A stretch of DNA of 64,000 nucleotides from Scyliorhinus canicula. Taxonomy: Eukaryota. The DNA lies in NCBI RefSeq assembly GCF_902713615.1, contig NC_052154.1, positions 15,935,784-15,999,783 on the forward strand. The letters run 5' to 3'. A program made the translations under genes and the position numbers. Shown here piece after piece: positions 49,806 to 63,135 of this stretch. A model generated the notes under the pieces. That model saw nothing but the letters and a program-made list of their open reading frames with translations, ran no database searches and was not told the origin of the DNA. How positions within the stretch are numbered: position 1 is the stretch's first letter; the number at the start of each line of letters is the position of its first letter.

Positions 49806-50704
49806 AATTTTGCTAAATCTCAATTTGCCTTCAGTGTTGTTCTTCACTGGCTCTTTAGGACAAGGAAAAGATGCTGAATGTAGACCTGATGATGTGTTGT
49901 CCATTTCCCCTTCTCCACAGAGCAAAGGTTCCACTCGTCCCTTGCTACTTCACACTGCCGCACTGCTTATCTTCATGAGCAACGTGTAGGTCACAAGGAC
50001 TTTGAAGGGGCAAAGTCAGCCTCACAACTGCAGTCCTTATGCATGAAACAACAATCTTGTTTGACATGATGGTGCAACCATGACCCTGACTGGCTAAATA
50101 TTTTCTAAACTCCATCATACACAAACATCTGATTGAAATGATGGAAAAAGATGTGAACAAAGCTGAGTACGTTCCAGTACAAAACAGGAATTAATAATAA
50201 AAGGTGTGGGACATTATCCAAGAGATTTTTTTAAACACAACGAAACCAGGAAATTTTGCAATAAATACACAGATTGTAGGTCACTAACCTGAAATGAGAA
50301 GATGGTCATTGTTTTCAGTTCTGATGAAATCCAGTCTAAAATGTTGACCTGTAATTCGCTTTCAGCTGTTGACTGGCTCCTGTGAATTTCTAGACCTTTG
50401 CATTTTTTTTGCATGTAACGTAACTTGTAATTGAAATAGACGTTGACTTGCTTTACCTGTTACGTAAAATAGACCCATAAGTGACAAAACATTTTTGAAT
50501 ATGAAGATTTATGCTATCTACAGATTGAAATTTTCTTCTCAATGAAAGTGGAATTGCTCACTCCACGACAGTTTCTTTTGCCAATTGAACAATTCTTCAC
50601 TGGTATCACTCAAATGGAACTAGAGGCGAGGGGCTTCGATTATTTGAGGAAACTAGAGAAACCAGATTGTTCTTAAAACACTTAAAGCAGCGGGGGAAAT
50701 TTGA

Positions 50705-51280
50705 GGTGAGGCCACACCTGGAGTATTGTGTTCAGTTTTGGTCTCCTCACCTGAGAAAGGACGTACTGGCGCTGGAGGGTGTGCAGAGGAGATTCACTAG
50801 GTTAATCCCAGAGCTGAAGGGGTTGGATTACAAGGAGAAGTTGAGTAGACTGGGACTGTACTCGTTGGAATTTAGAAGGATGAGGGGGGATCTTATAGAA
50901 ACATATAAAATAATCAAGGGAATAGATAGGATAGATGCGGGCAGGTTGTTTCCACTGGTGGGTGAAAGCAGAACTAGGGGGCATAGCCTCAAAATAAGGG
51001 GAAGTAGATTTAGGACTGAGTTTAGGACGAACTTCTTCACCCATAAGGTTGTGAATCTATGGAATTCCTTGACCAATGAAGCAGTTGAGGCTCCTTCATT
51101 AAATGTTTTTAAGATAAAGATAGATAGTTTTTTGAAGAATAAAGGGATTAAGGGTTATGGTGTTCGGGCGGGAAAGTGGAGCTGAGTCCACAAAAGATCA
51201 GCCATGATCTCATTGAATGGCAGAGCAGGCTCGAGGGGCCAGATGGCCTACTCCTGCTCCTAATTCTTATGTTCTTATGT
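50705..51280 (+). mobile_element. CR1 LINE 3' end
   Basis: [14 protein letters not shown]...[13 protein letters not shown]; (ttcttatg)n tail. Confidence 0.92.
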
Positions 51281-52319
51281 TGCAAATTTGGAGGAGTTTT
51301 GAGATAGTAAATATGGGGAAATCTGTTTCCGCTGAGGGGGGTGGGGAGTAGGGTAAAGAGATGTGGGGGGTTGATTAGCAGAGAAAAATAATTTAAAGTA
51401 ATTGACAAAAGAATCCAAAGTGGCGAGGAGAAAATATTTTTACACGGTGAGCTATGATTTGGAATTCACTGCCTGAAAAGGTGGTAGGAGCAGCTTCAAA
51501 AATAGCTTTCAAAAGTATTTTGGATACGTACCAGAAGGAGAAAAAGAATCCGGCTTACGGGAGAAAAACAAGGGATGTGGATTAAGCCAGCAAAGACAGC
51601 CTGGTTTTACTGTTACTGATTTCAAGGGTGTGTTGGCAGCAGTGAACAACCGGCCCATTTAATCAGAGTTGCTTCACTTAACCGATTTCACAAAATAATT
51701 AGTTTAATTATTAAAAAGCCTTTATTTTGCTCATTCATTTTTGTTGGTAATACATTTACCAGTTGGCCTGAAATGCAGATTGGACTGGAGTACCCCTCAC
51801 CCGGTGTGTGCCTCCATTACGCTAGACAGCTCCTGTTGTTGGTCTGTGAAGGGTTCTACAGACCAGCATTAACTTGACATTTATGTGTGGCACTAGTTAT
51901 CCTGTGGAAGTATACTTTGGGCTTGCTTGCCTGAAGTCTGGACATAATTTAAGGCTAGAAGGGATTTTCTTTATTAGGCTTTACGGAAATTAAACGGAAA
52001 TTACGGAAATTTACGGAAGCTAATTCTTTATTAGCTTGCTTTACAGAATACCATCAAACTTAACATACTGTTGTGCCACTTTGTGGGATTATCTTGCTGA
52101 GTAATGCTGCCAGAAAATATTTTGAAACCAGGCCATTTTTGGGAACCCAGCCTATCTGTTTCCATTTATAAAAGATTGAGCAAGGAAATGGACGAGTGCC
52201 ATTGACATACATCTGTCCCTTCGCCCACCTCTATCCTCAGGAAAAAATCAATCTATTATAGACTGTTTCCAAACTTAAAACTATTTTTGTTTGTTTGATG
52301 TGTAGCCTTTGTGTTAGCA

Positions 52320-52710
52320 AGGTTAGAAGGTTGTGGGTTCAAGTCTCACTCCAGGGCCTGGGCCCCAAACTCTAGGCTGATTAACCAGTACTAAGAAAGT
52401 GTTTCACTGATGGAGGTGCACTTTTAAGGTGAAATGTGAAACCAAGGTCCTACCTTGACCTTTCAGGTGGATGTAAGAGATCCCATGGCATTACTTAGAA
52501 GAAGAGCAGGAGAGTTTTCCCTGGTGCCCTTCTCTATCTCAATTGACATTGCAAAAATAGATGATCTGGTCATCATCACAGTGCCATTTGTAGAAACTTG
52601 TTGTATGCAACTTAGCTCAATTTTCTAAATTAAAACAGTACTTCATCAGCTGTGAAGCACTTTGGGACATCTGGTGGCGATGAAAAGTTCTGTATAAAGG
52701 CAAGTCTTTC
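52320..52710 (+). mobile_element. DeuSINE-like element
   Basis: gggttcaagtctcactcca head; aaaccaaggtcc...caggtggatgtaagagatcccatggca...gaagagcagg Deu domain. Confidence 0.72.
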
Positions 52711-52984
52711 CGTTGGGTGGGAAAAATAATGTTCCTAAAGCTCAGTAGCAATTGTAGCATTTTCTGTCTACTTTTCCAGGTTTGAGAGTGGGGAGCGAAT
52801 CTGATGAGTCCATATTCTGTGCACACTCTATTCAAATCGGCACAAAAATGATCCAGGCAGATTTTCAATTGTATCATAATCTGGCTTTAGCTGGCCAATA
52901 ATGCAAATGTGATGTTGTGGAAGTGTTGACCACTTCCGAAACTGCTGCTCTGCCCTGTAGCTTCAATAGATTCTGGTTTCCACC

Positions 52985-53230
52985 TGGAGATGAGGAATTT
53001 CTTCAGCCAGAGGGTAGTGAATCTGTGGAACTCTTTGCCGCGGAAGGCTGTGGAGGCCAAATCACTGAGTGTCTTTAAGACCAAGATAGATAGGTTCTTG
53101 AATAAAAAGGGGATCAGGGGTTGTGAGGTGAAGGCAGGAGAATGGGGATGAGAAAAATATCAGCCATGATTGAATGGCGGAGCAGACTCGATGGGCCGAG
53201 TGGCCTAGTTCTGCTTCTATGTCTTATGGA
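52985..53230 (+). mobile_element. CR1 3' UTR fragment
   Basis: gagggtagtgaatctgtggaactc...gatgggccgagtggccta..tctatgtcttatg. Confidence 0.8.
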
Positions 53231-53929
53231 ATAAAGACCTCTGTGGTGCAACTGTCAAGTTCCAATTTTTCTCTACCCCTTGATTTACCCTTTCCCTCAG
53301 AAACAGACTGTTGATGGGTATCACTTAGCATAATGGAGATATCTATGTTGACCATCATTGCCTCCTCATTAGTTGAGTTTGGATTAATAGTTATGACCTA
53401 CCCAGAAAGGGGAGATGACTCATTGTAGCTCTAATCACTCTATGGTTAACTTGCTGGAAGCGGGCACGGATGTTTGAGGATGGAATCATAATTGGTGTTG
53501 GTGCCATCCACGGTTAAATGTTGATGTGCTTAACAAAAAATAGCTAAGTTGAGGAAATACCTTCAGTGGGTGTAATTTGTCATGCAAGTGCACCCTAGCT
53601 TCAGCCAGGGATGGGTGGGGAGTTCCGAAATAAGAAATTCCATGCAGTATTGTAATATATTTGTGAAACTGTCATTGCGTTAGCTTTGGAGCATTGGTAT
53701 TATTTTACATTTATCGCCTGCCTTAAGCAACTTATTTATTCTGAGTAACTGGCGTATGGTGGCACTTTTAAGAAATGATTCAAAATGGGCAAAATCGTTT
53801 CCCGGTCTTTATTCAGCTGTGTAACAGCTTTGACAAAGCGTGTCACAGTAATGCTTTTATGAGACAAGTTGCTTTTCGAGCTCACATTTGAAATTTCTTG
53901 TGGCCAAGTTATCTAAGCAACTCGTTTCA

Positions 53930-54110
53930 ATGAAATGAAAGGAAAATGAAAATCGCTTATTGTCACGAGTAGGCTTCAAATGAAGTTACTGTGAAAAGCC
54001 CCTAGTCTCCACATTCCGGCGCCTGTTCAGGGAGGCTGTTACGGGAATCGAAACGTGCTGCTGGCCTGCTTGCAAAGCCAGCGATTTAGCGCTGTGCTAA
54101 ACAGCCCCAG
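53930..54110 (-). mobile_element. Short tRNA-head SINE with L2-like tail
   Basis: Reverse-complement match to 12573-12740. Confidence 0.75.
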
Positions 54111-54242
54111 CTGTTAATGGACAAATGATATAGCATTTCCACACCAAACAAAATTGGCAACTGGTGTAATGTATGAAAGAACGTATATTTTGAGATTATC
54201 TACCTTCCGAATGTCAGCTATGGCTCAATTGGTAGCACTTCT

Positions 54243-54462
54243 TTTATTTAAAGAAAAAATTTAGAGTACCCAATTATTTTTTTTTCCAATTAAGGGGCAA
54301 TTTAGCATGACCAATCCACCTAACCTGCGCATCTTTGGGTTGTGGGGGTGAAACCCACGCAGACATGGAGAGAATGTGAAAACTCCACACGGACAGTGAC
54401 CCAGAGCCGGGATTTGAACCCGGGTCCTCAGCGCCGCAGTCCCAGTGCTAACCACTGCGCCC
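54243..54462 (-). mobile_element. HE1-like SINE, AT-tailed form, inserted in a DeuSINE head
   Basis: 17-bp TSD caattggtagcacttct at 54226-54242 and 54463-54479. Confidence 0.9.
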
Positions 54463-54855
54463 CAATTGGTAGCACTTCTAACTCACAGATTTATGTTTTC
54501 CAGTCACACTTCAGTGACCTGAGCACAAAAATGTGGCTCGCATTTTCTGGGGGGAATAAGACAAAACAAAGGCTACATCTACTTTCAAAAGTGTGGAGAT
54601 CACATGATATTGCTTCCAAGAAGAACAGGATGTTAACCACCGTGTCTTGTCCAATTTGTATCCCTCAATTAACATTTAAAAAATGAAAAGATAGATCACC
54701 TGCTCACTATCACGTTGCAGCTTGTGGAAGCTTGATGTGTGCCATTGGCTGCTCTGTTTCCTATGCTGACGATATTTCGAAAGCACCTCATTGGTCGTTA
54801 AGAACTTTGGGACACCCTGCGGTTAGAAAAGGCACCATATAAATGCAAATCTTTC
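54463..54855 (+). mobile_element. DeuSINE-like element (degenerate)
   Basis: tRNA-like head starting before the SINE insertion; gaagaacagg..., ctttgggac..., atataaatgcaa tail. Confidence 0.55.
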
Positions 54856-54935
54856 TTTTAATTTCCCTTTAGAGCTAACGTGAATTTTTCTGCGATTGCG
54901 CCATTGAAACCTATTCCCCAAAGGTTTTTGAAATT

Positions 54936-55107
54936 ATTAATAATAGTAATAGCTTATTGTCACACGTGGGCTTCGATTAAGTTACTGTGAAAAGCCCCTA
55001 GTCGCCACATTCCGGCCCTTGTTCGGGGAGGCCGGTACAGGAATTGAACCCGCGCTGCTGGCCTTGTTCTGCACTACAAGCCAGCTGCTTAGCCCACTGT
55101 AGCCCCA
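54936..55107 (-). mobile_element. Short tRNA-head SINE with L2-like tail
   Basis: Same family as 53930-54110. Confidence 0.75.
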
Positions 55108-55564
55108 GGTTTTCCTGCTAGATCACTTATTAAATGCAACCTGCACTTTAGCACACAGGTCTGCCCATGTTGAGATGAGGAGAATCGAAAAGTATCCATG
55201 CAAGTAATATGAAAAGGGATTGGTTAATAAATAGTAATGTTGGGAGTGCTGTTGACATGCCATCATTTATGATGATGGCATTGAAGGAAGATTTTCCCTA
55301 ACGTCATTTCAGGATCGGTTCTCAATGAGATGTCTGCTGTTGTAAAACAGATAACAAAGGGCAGTTAAAGAGCTGTGCAAATCTAGTGATAGCTCTGATG
55401 TAAGATTATTTTGGGCCAATGCAATGGAATGTACAATTTCTGCAGATTGAGAGACAGCACCACTATCCAATATAAACGGAGTCTTCAGATAAAAAATATG
55501 AATTGAAAATGCATATGATCTTATCCACCTATTTATGAAATTAACTTTTTTTCCTCCATTTTAG

Positions 55565-57030
55565 GAATTCAAAATGTGACTTGTGTTGTCGCGTTTTAAT
55601 GTGATAAATGTTTGTATTTTTACCTTATGTAAAGAAGTGCATCTATTTTTTATAAAAGAGTCATGTGCTAAATCGGTGTGTTGTTTGCAATTTATGTGTG
55701 TGTGTAAATATTGAACATCTGTTTGCCTTGCTTTTGACATTCAGTAGCCATTATTATGCCTTGCAAAATCTGTTGTTTCTGTCTGTGTAATAGTTTAATT
55801 TTTGAATTGAGGGTTCACCCAACGTCAAACTTAAATTCTTCCTGGCCATTTCACTACAGAGTTAGTATTTATGTGTTTAAATTTTGAGGGAAGAAAGTGT
55901 ACTTTTTTAAATTAATATTGACTGCGATGAGGTATCTTGTTGCAATGGTAATAGCATTCTTTGTGACTAGTAATTCACACCTAGAATCTTTGATAACTGG
56001 AAGCCTACAATGAATGTGGAGCATGGTGCTTGGTGAAAAACTACTGGAGAATTATATATGCCAAGAAAACAGTCATTCACACAGACTCACTTGCATTTGA
56101 TGTCAAGTATTGAACCTTCAGGGAGATTAATCAGATAAGTAACCTCTGTGAGGCTTCTGGGTAAGGACTATGCACAATATTTTCTTCTTGACCCATTTTC
56201 ATAAATTATTTAATCTTAAATGTGCCAATAATAAAAAATATATATAATTGATGCTACCTGTGGGATTTTGCTCCCTGTTCAGTTTCCTGATTGATGATAA
56301 TTTCCCAGACAGTTTTCCCTTGTCATGCAATCTGACCTTCAGTTCAAAAATGTTTTCAAGAATTCGCAACTTTTGAGCTTTGAAATTGGCCTTTATCTGT
56401 GCAATATTACATCTGTAAACTATGCAATATTCGATGCTAATAGCTCCGGTTCTATCAGTTCTGCCAAAATATTTTAGAGGAACATCAAAAGGCTCCCAGA
56501 GTTTCCCTGCAACCTATTTTTTTAAGCTCGAGTAGTATACGTCTGACCTGCGACAACGTGTTTGTGTGTCAGTTTGTCTGCATGTTGTTTAATTTTATGG
56601 AATGAAAACTTATGACCTAAGGGTGCTGTAAATACTACGCAAGTAATTGTTAGTCATTTTGTGTCAATTTGAAGGTAATCATTTTCTATAACGGCCATTT
56701 TTCAAAAAAAGGTCTGTGTTACATTGTACTGTTAGGTGACATTTACAATTATGACACTGTTACAATGTTCAAACAGTTTGTGGCCAAAGTTCTGCATTTG
56801 TCCAGTAAAACCTTGGCTAACAATGAAATCTCATGTAATGGCCACTGACTCATAGGTTCTTAATTGGAGAGGGAAGATTGCAGAAGCTAAACTTGTGCAG
56901 TGACGAATCAAATTCAAGCCGGGCTGTATACAGAATGGTACTACTGTATTTTTTATTTGTTAGTCTTTTCTTGTGACAATATTGCTTTATATTTTGTACA
57001 TTGTGATGTCAATAAAATGTACTGTCCCTC
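55565..57030 (+). other. Candidate terminal exon / long 3' UTR
   Basis: Acceptor ttaactttttttcctccattttAG|G at 55564/55565; about 1.45 kb free of recognisable TEs and AT/U-rich; tgtacattg...AATAAA at 57011. Confidence 0.5.
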
Positions 57031-57087
57031 GATTCTAGCTGTGAACATTTTCTTCAGTGGCGCATATATTAGTAATAGTAAAACAGG

Positions 57088-57385
57088 ATCAGCACGGTGG
57101 CGCAGTGGTTAGCACTCCTGCCTCACGAGGTCCCAGGTTCGATCCCGGCTCTGGGTCACTGCCCGTGTGGAGTTTACACATTCTCCCCGTGTTTGCGTGC
57201 GTTTTGCCCCCACAACCCAAAGATGTGCAGGGTAGGTGGATTGGCCAGGCTAAATTGCCCTTAGTGTCCAAAAAAGGCCAGGAGGGGTTATTCGGTTACG
57301 GAGATGGGGTGGAGGTGAGTGCTTAAGTGGGTCAGTGCAGACTCAATGGGCCAAATGGCCTCCTTCTGTTTGTCCTATGTTCTAT
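57088..57385 (+). mobile_element. HE1/V-SINE-like SINE
   Basis: cagcacggtggcgcagtggttagc...ggttcgatccc. Confidence 0.85.
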
Positions 57386-57619
57386 TTTCTTCAAAGCCCC
57401 TTCAGATTTGGTCCGGTTGGTGCAACGGCAAAAAGGAAAATCAGAAGGCTTGAGAATTCCCCAGCCAAGGTGCCAGCAAGGGCAATACGAGAGAATTAAA
57501 ACAGCAAAGGCATTCGAATCGCTAACGAAACAGGAGCAATCTTCGCTTTGATGCCCCCCCTCCCACACCCAGACCAATAATATGTTAACACTCACAACCT
57601 GGCCTCTCCTGTGAATGTA

Positions 57620-58340
57620 GGAACAGAGAAAATAAGAGCAAGAGTAGGCCATTCGACCCATCAAGCCTGCTTATCCATTCAAACAGATCATGGCTGATTA
57701 TCTACCTCGACGTCATTTTTCACAACTATCCCCGTATCCCTTGATGTCATTGGTATCCAGAAATCTATTGATTCCTGTTTTGAACAATCCCAATGTCTCC
57801 ACAGCCCTCTGGCGTAGAGAATTCCAAAGATTCACCACCCTCTGTGTGAAGAAATTCTTCTTCATCTCAATCTTAATTGACCTGCCTCTTATTCTGCGAT
57901 ATGTCCCCTGGTTCGAGGACCCCCAGCCAGGGAAAACATCCTATCCACATAGACCTCGTTACTCCCTGCAAGATGAGATCCCCTCTCATTCTTTGTAACT
58001 CTTGAAAATGCATGTTTATTTTCCTCAATCGCTCCTTATAAAACAATCGCACCATCCCATGGATTAGCCAGGTGAACCTCCACTGCTCTCCCTCTACGGC
58101 AAGTATATCCTTCCTTAGATCAGTAAAGCAAAGAAGGACATAATACTCCAGGCGTGTTCTCATCTAATTGCAGCAAAGCATCTTTACTGCTGCATTCAAA
58201 TCCTCTTGCAGTAAAGACCAACATACTATTTGCCTTCCAAATTTCTTGCCATACCTGCAAGTGACTCATTTTGGTAACTCATGAACAAAGGAACCCTGGT
58301 CCCTTTGGACATCAACACCTCCCAACCTCTCACCGTTGAA
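57620..58340 (-). mobile_element. Old CR1 3' fragment
   Basis: Degenerate RTRLEYYVL...QRMRGDLI. Confidence 0.75.
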
Positions 58341-58345
58341 GAAAT

Positions 58346-58655
58346 GGCCGGCACGGTGGCGCAGTGGTTAGAACTTCTGTTCAATTCCGGCGTTGGGTGG
58401 CTCTCTGTGTGGAATCTGCACCTTCTCCCCATGTCTGCGTGGGTTTCCTCCAGGTGCTCTGGTTTCCTCGCACAGTCCAAAGATGTGCAGGTTAGGTGGA
58501 TTGGCCATGTTAAATTGCCCCTTAGTGTCCAAAAGGTCAGGCGTGGTTACCGGGTAATAGGGATAGGGTGGAGGCGTGGGTTTCAGTGGAGTGCTCTTTC
58601 CAAGGGCCAGTACGGACTCGATGGGCCGGAATGGCTTCTTTTTGTAAATTCTATG
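58346..58655 (+). mobile_element. HE1/V-SINE-like SINE
   Basis: Core ccaaagatgtgcaggttaggtggattggcc; tail tgtaaattctatg. Confidence 0.85.
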
Positions 58656-59837
58656 ATAAGACCGATAACTGATCTAATCAGATCAGACAGGAGCAGGATC
58701 ACAGTGCAACTTTAAATGATCTTCAGCTTGATTCTTTCCTGCAAGGCAGCAATATATTGTGAATGCTAATCTATCTAATGATAATTGCAACGGTACGGTA
58801 AAGGCCAACAAAAGGTTGAATATGATGATCACAGAATAAGTAAGTTATCTCCGAATTATTTGCCGAAGTTTATATCTTGACCATAACAGTAACGTATCTA
58901 TAAGTTTCACAATATTTTCATATCAGTCAGGTTTAATTTAGCTTTGCAGAGCTATGTTCAGCAGCTAAACTCGTACCGCAGTCTTAGTATGTTGAAGTTC
59001 TCAAGTCTATATTTGGTGTACAATTGGCAGGTCTTCAGTATTTAGGCTGAATTCCTGATGGCATGCAGATAAAAATCAAACACCCCTCCAATACCAGTTG
59101 TTTGTGGTGAAGGACAATGCTGTTCTCGAATGCATTATGGCAAATCATCATTGTCTGTTTCACCTTCCTTCCCAGTTTAATTTGTTTGGTATAGGCTGTA
59201 CATTTATCAGCTGCCATATTTTTAGTGTTTAGAGATTCCAGCCATTGACTTTCAAAGATGTTTCAGCCTCCTTCAGAAACATTTTACGCATTTCAAAATT
59301 GTAGGTGAACAGTTTTAATACTTTAACAATGATAAATAGAAGCTCACCTCAAGTGCTTTAAACAATCAAAGGACAATTTGATTGAAAACCATATTTCACA
59401 ATGTTATAACTGTTGACACGTGAAAGCTTCCACAATGTTGCTGATAAGCATTGAGTTGTTATTACTCAATACCCTCAATTACAAGACTGCCTGGTTCCAA
59501 GTTCTTCAAGACTTCTTGCTACAAGAAACACAAACTCTTCCATGTTTGGTCAACTGTAGAATTGCCTTTTTACCTGGATATTGAAATCATGGAAGGGACT
59601 CAATTTTATTCCAGGCCTGAACGTTGTATCTACACTTTGTGCCATACCAGCGGGTCTTAACATTGAAGTTGGATATATTCCCTCAGTTCACAGTGTAATA
59701 TTGCAGAGTTCTGATAAGATTTCATATCTCCTCCAGATTTGATAAGTACTTCTGGTAAATTATTTTCAAGATAATTTTAATGGTCCTGTTAGTATATTTA
59801 AACATGTTGATTGATTTAAATGTTGGGATGCATTATC

Positions 59838-60043
59838 TTTATTTATTTATTTTTAATAAGGGGCAATTTAGCGTGGCCAATCCATCTGCCCTGCACATCT
59901 TTTGGGTTGTGGGGACGAAACACACGCAGACACGGGGAGAATGTGCAAACTCCACACAGACAGTGACCCAGAGCCGGGATCTAACTTGGGACCTCGGAGG
60001 CGCGAGGCAGCAATGCTAACCACTGTACCACCGTGCTGCCCTA
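59838..60043 (-). mobile_element. HE1-like SINE, AT-tailed form
   Basis: 15-bp TSD with 2 mismatches at 59823-59837 and 60044-60058. Confidence 0.85.
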
Positions 60044-62875
60044 TTGGAATGCACTATCAAGTGACAAAATATTGTGTGTAAGAATGCTATAAAAGATGTT
60101 GAAGTTCGGATTTGGAGAATGATCTAGAATGTACAGTGCATGTCATTTGACACAACTGGTGTGTGCTGATGTTTATGCTTCGCACAAGTGTTCACCCGCT
60201 CTGTTTCACCTCATTCCATCAATGTAATTGTGTTATTCCTCTTTCTCTCATTCTTACCTAGTTTTCCCCTTAAATCCATTTGCGCTATTCACCTCGAGTA
60301 CTCCTTGTAGCAGATTCCACATCCTCACCATTCTTTAGGTGAAGAGGTTTGTCCTGAATTCCTTTAGATTTATTGGTAACTTTAGTTTCCTGGCCCCTTG
60401 TGAAAGTTAATGATGGTAGGATACCAGAGTGGTGTAAATGGACTGGGTAGATCTGTACAATCTCCTCAGCCACCCATCCAATTGGGTAGACATACATGGG
60501 TGCGCCAAGCTCTGCTTAGTCCTTCCGTTGTAGGTGGAGTGTTCCGTAATCGTGTCAGCTCTTCTTAAAATTTTCTTAAAGGTTGGGGGATGTGCCAAAA
60601 ATCCTTCAACAGTCGGGCAGAAGTAGTGAGAGTGACAATAGTCTGACTAGAATTATCCTGAACAAACATGTTTGATTAAGCTATACAGCTCATCATATGT
60701 TGGTAAGACACAGGATATGCAGTGTAACCGTCCCATAAGGAGACCAAAGGCTAGAATAAATTTTAGCTTCTGTTATTGAGATGTGTCGTGATGTACTCGA
60801 AAGTAAAATATAAAATATTTTTCTCCTGATATTATAAATGGCTTTATTGCTGTTTTCAATGTCTTTTGGTTATTTATTAATTCAAAATAATTGTGTGTGA
60901 CGCACATTTATGCTCACAAACCTCACTCCCTCGTGTCACAATTTTGCGTCATGCTTTGCTGTTTGCAATTTACAACGGGAAGTATAATGTCAACATTTCC
61001 GGCTAGATTTTATAATTTAGCTGTCACAATGTAGTTGTTGGCCACTAAAGGAAATTACTTTCTTTGCCAACTGTGCCCTCTTGTATATGTAAAAATAAAC
61101 TCGTATCCGTGAACTGCCACCAGGCAATGAATTGTTTCAGATAATTCGCCTTGACTGTACCTTTACTGATTCTGTTTGGTGCCTCTTTTAAAATTAAAAT
61201 CAATGCATTCTAGTTGGACCGTATACCCCATCACATCGTGGGCATCACTCAGTGGCATCAGATCCAGAAATGATCCAGTTCTGATTTGTGCTCCATCTTT
61301 TAGTTCATACTATCCAGAGCACTTCTTACTGGGTTACACAAAATATACTCCAATTAAACTTCCACAAAGACCTCTGAGAACTCCTCCAACCTCGGTCCAG
61401 AACATGCAGACAGCTGGACTATCGGCGCACCGCCTGCACCCATCCTCCATGAATCATCCTCGATACCATCATGTGTGCTCTATGCACCATTTTAAACTGA
61501 ATGAGACTTTGTCTCACACATGAAGAGGGCAGATTTATTCTCTGTAAGGCCTCACGCCATGGTCCAGCTTCTAATGTCCCTCCCAGCTCCTCTTCCCATT
61601 TCTGCTCTATTTCCTCCAGCATGGACAACACTCTCTCCGTCAGTTCCCCGTATATGTCAGAGATGCTACCCTCCCTTATCTCGTCCTCAGGCTGAATGTT
61701 ATCTTGTAACGCCGGGGGTGGTAGACCTGGAAATGTAGCCAGCTCCTTTCTGACGAAGCACTTGACTTGCAGGCACCAAAATCCGGTTCCTCTCTGTAGT
61801 TGAAACTCCTCCTCCAGTTGCCCTCGTTCAGCAAACTTTACCCCATGAACATATCCCTGAAACATTCTATCCCTGCCCGCTCCCATGTTCTGAAGGTGGC
61901 ATCTAACCCCTCCGGAACAAACCTATGATTGCTGCATATCAGCGCCCACTGTGACATGCTCTCCATCTTAAAATGCTACCGGCATTGATTCCACACTGAG
62001 TGGTGAGACCGCCATTGGCCTCGTGGAGTACCTGGCTGGTGAGAACGGGTGGGGCATCAATAGCAATGCCCTTAAACTCGTCCCTCTGCATGAGGCCTCC
62101 TCCATCCCCCCCCCCCCCCCCCCCCCCCCCACACTAACCCTTCACCTACCTCCTAACCTTCTCAACGGTCGCCACCCAGTAGTAATTCAACAAGCTCGGC
62201 GGGGCCAACGCCACTCTCCACCTGTCCCTCTCCAAAAACACCCTCCTAATCTGGGGTACCTTATCCGGCCATATGAACTCCAAGATCATCCTATTTGTCC
62301 TATTGAGATAGCATTTGGGCGCAACGGTCGCGAGGTTTTGAAAAACAAACAGGAACCTCAGCAGCACCGTTATTTTTTGTGTCTGGATCCTTCCGGCCAG
62401 CGAGAGCAACAGGGCATGCCGCCTTCTAAAGACCTCCTTCACCCCCTCCACCGAGTTCACCAAATTCACCTTGTGCAACGGGGCCCAACTATGCCCCACC
62501 CATATCCCCAGGTACCGGAAACTTGACCCAACCAGCCAATCGGCAACTTCTCCCTGCACCCGAACGCTTACCGGGAACACCTCTCTCTTCCCCACATTGA
62601 ACTTGTACCGTGAGAACAACCCAAGCTCTGCCAATATCCCCATAGAACTATGAATGCTCTCCACCGGATTCATAACATTCAACAGCAGGTCGTCTGTGTA
62701 AGGTGTTCCATTCCCCCCCCCCCCCCCCCCCCCACCCCCCTCACAATACCCCTCTACCCCAGAAGCCTTGAGCACCATTGCCAAAGGTTCAATCGACACA
62801 GCGAAAAGCAACAGTGGACACCCTTGCCTCATTCCCCGGTGCACACTAATATACTCCAAGCTAACATTATTCATC

Positions 62876-63135
62876 AATAATAATAATAATCTTTATTATT
62901 GTCACAAGTAGGCTTATATTAACACTGCAATGAAGTTACTGTGAAAATCCCCTGGCTGCCACATTTTGGGTACGCAGAGGGTGAATTCAGAATGTCCAAT
63001 TCACCTAACAGCACATCTTTCGGGACATGTGGGAAGAACCCAGAGCACCTGGAGGAAACCCACGCGGACACGGGGAGAACGTGTAGACTCCGCACAGATA
63101 ATAACCCAAGCTGGGAATTGAACCTGGGACCCGGG
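62876..63135 (-). mobile_element. tRNA SINE with L2-like (att)n tail, inside the L1/Tx1 fragment
   Basis: HE1-like head, tail ttcacagtaacttcattgcagtg...gtgacaataataaagattattatt. Confidence 0.8.
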
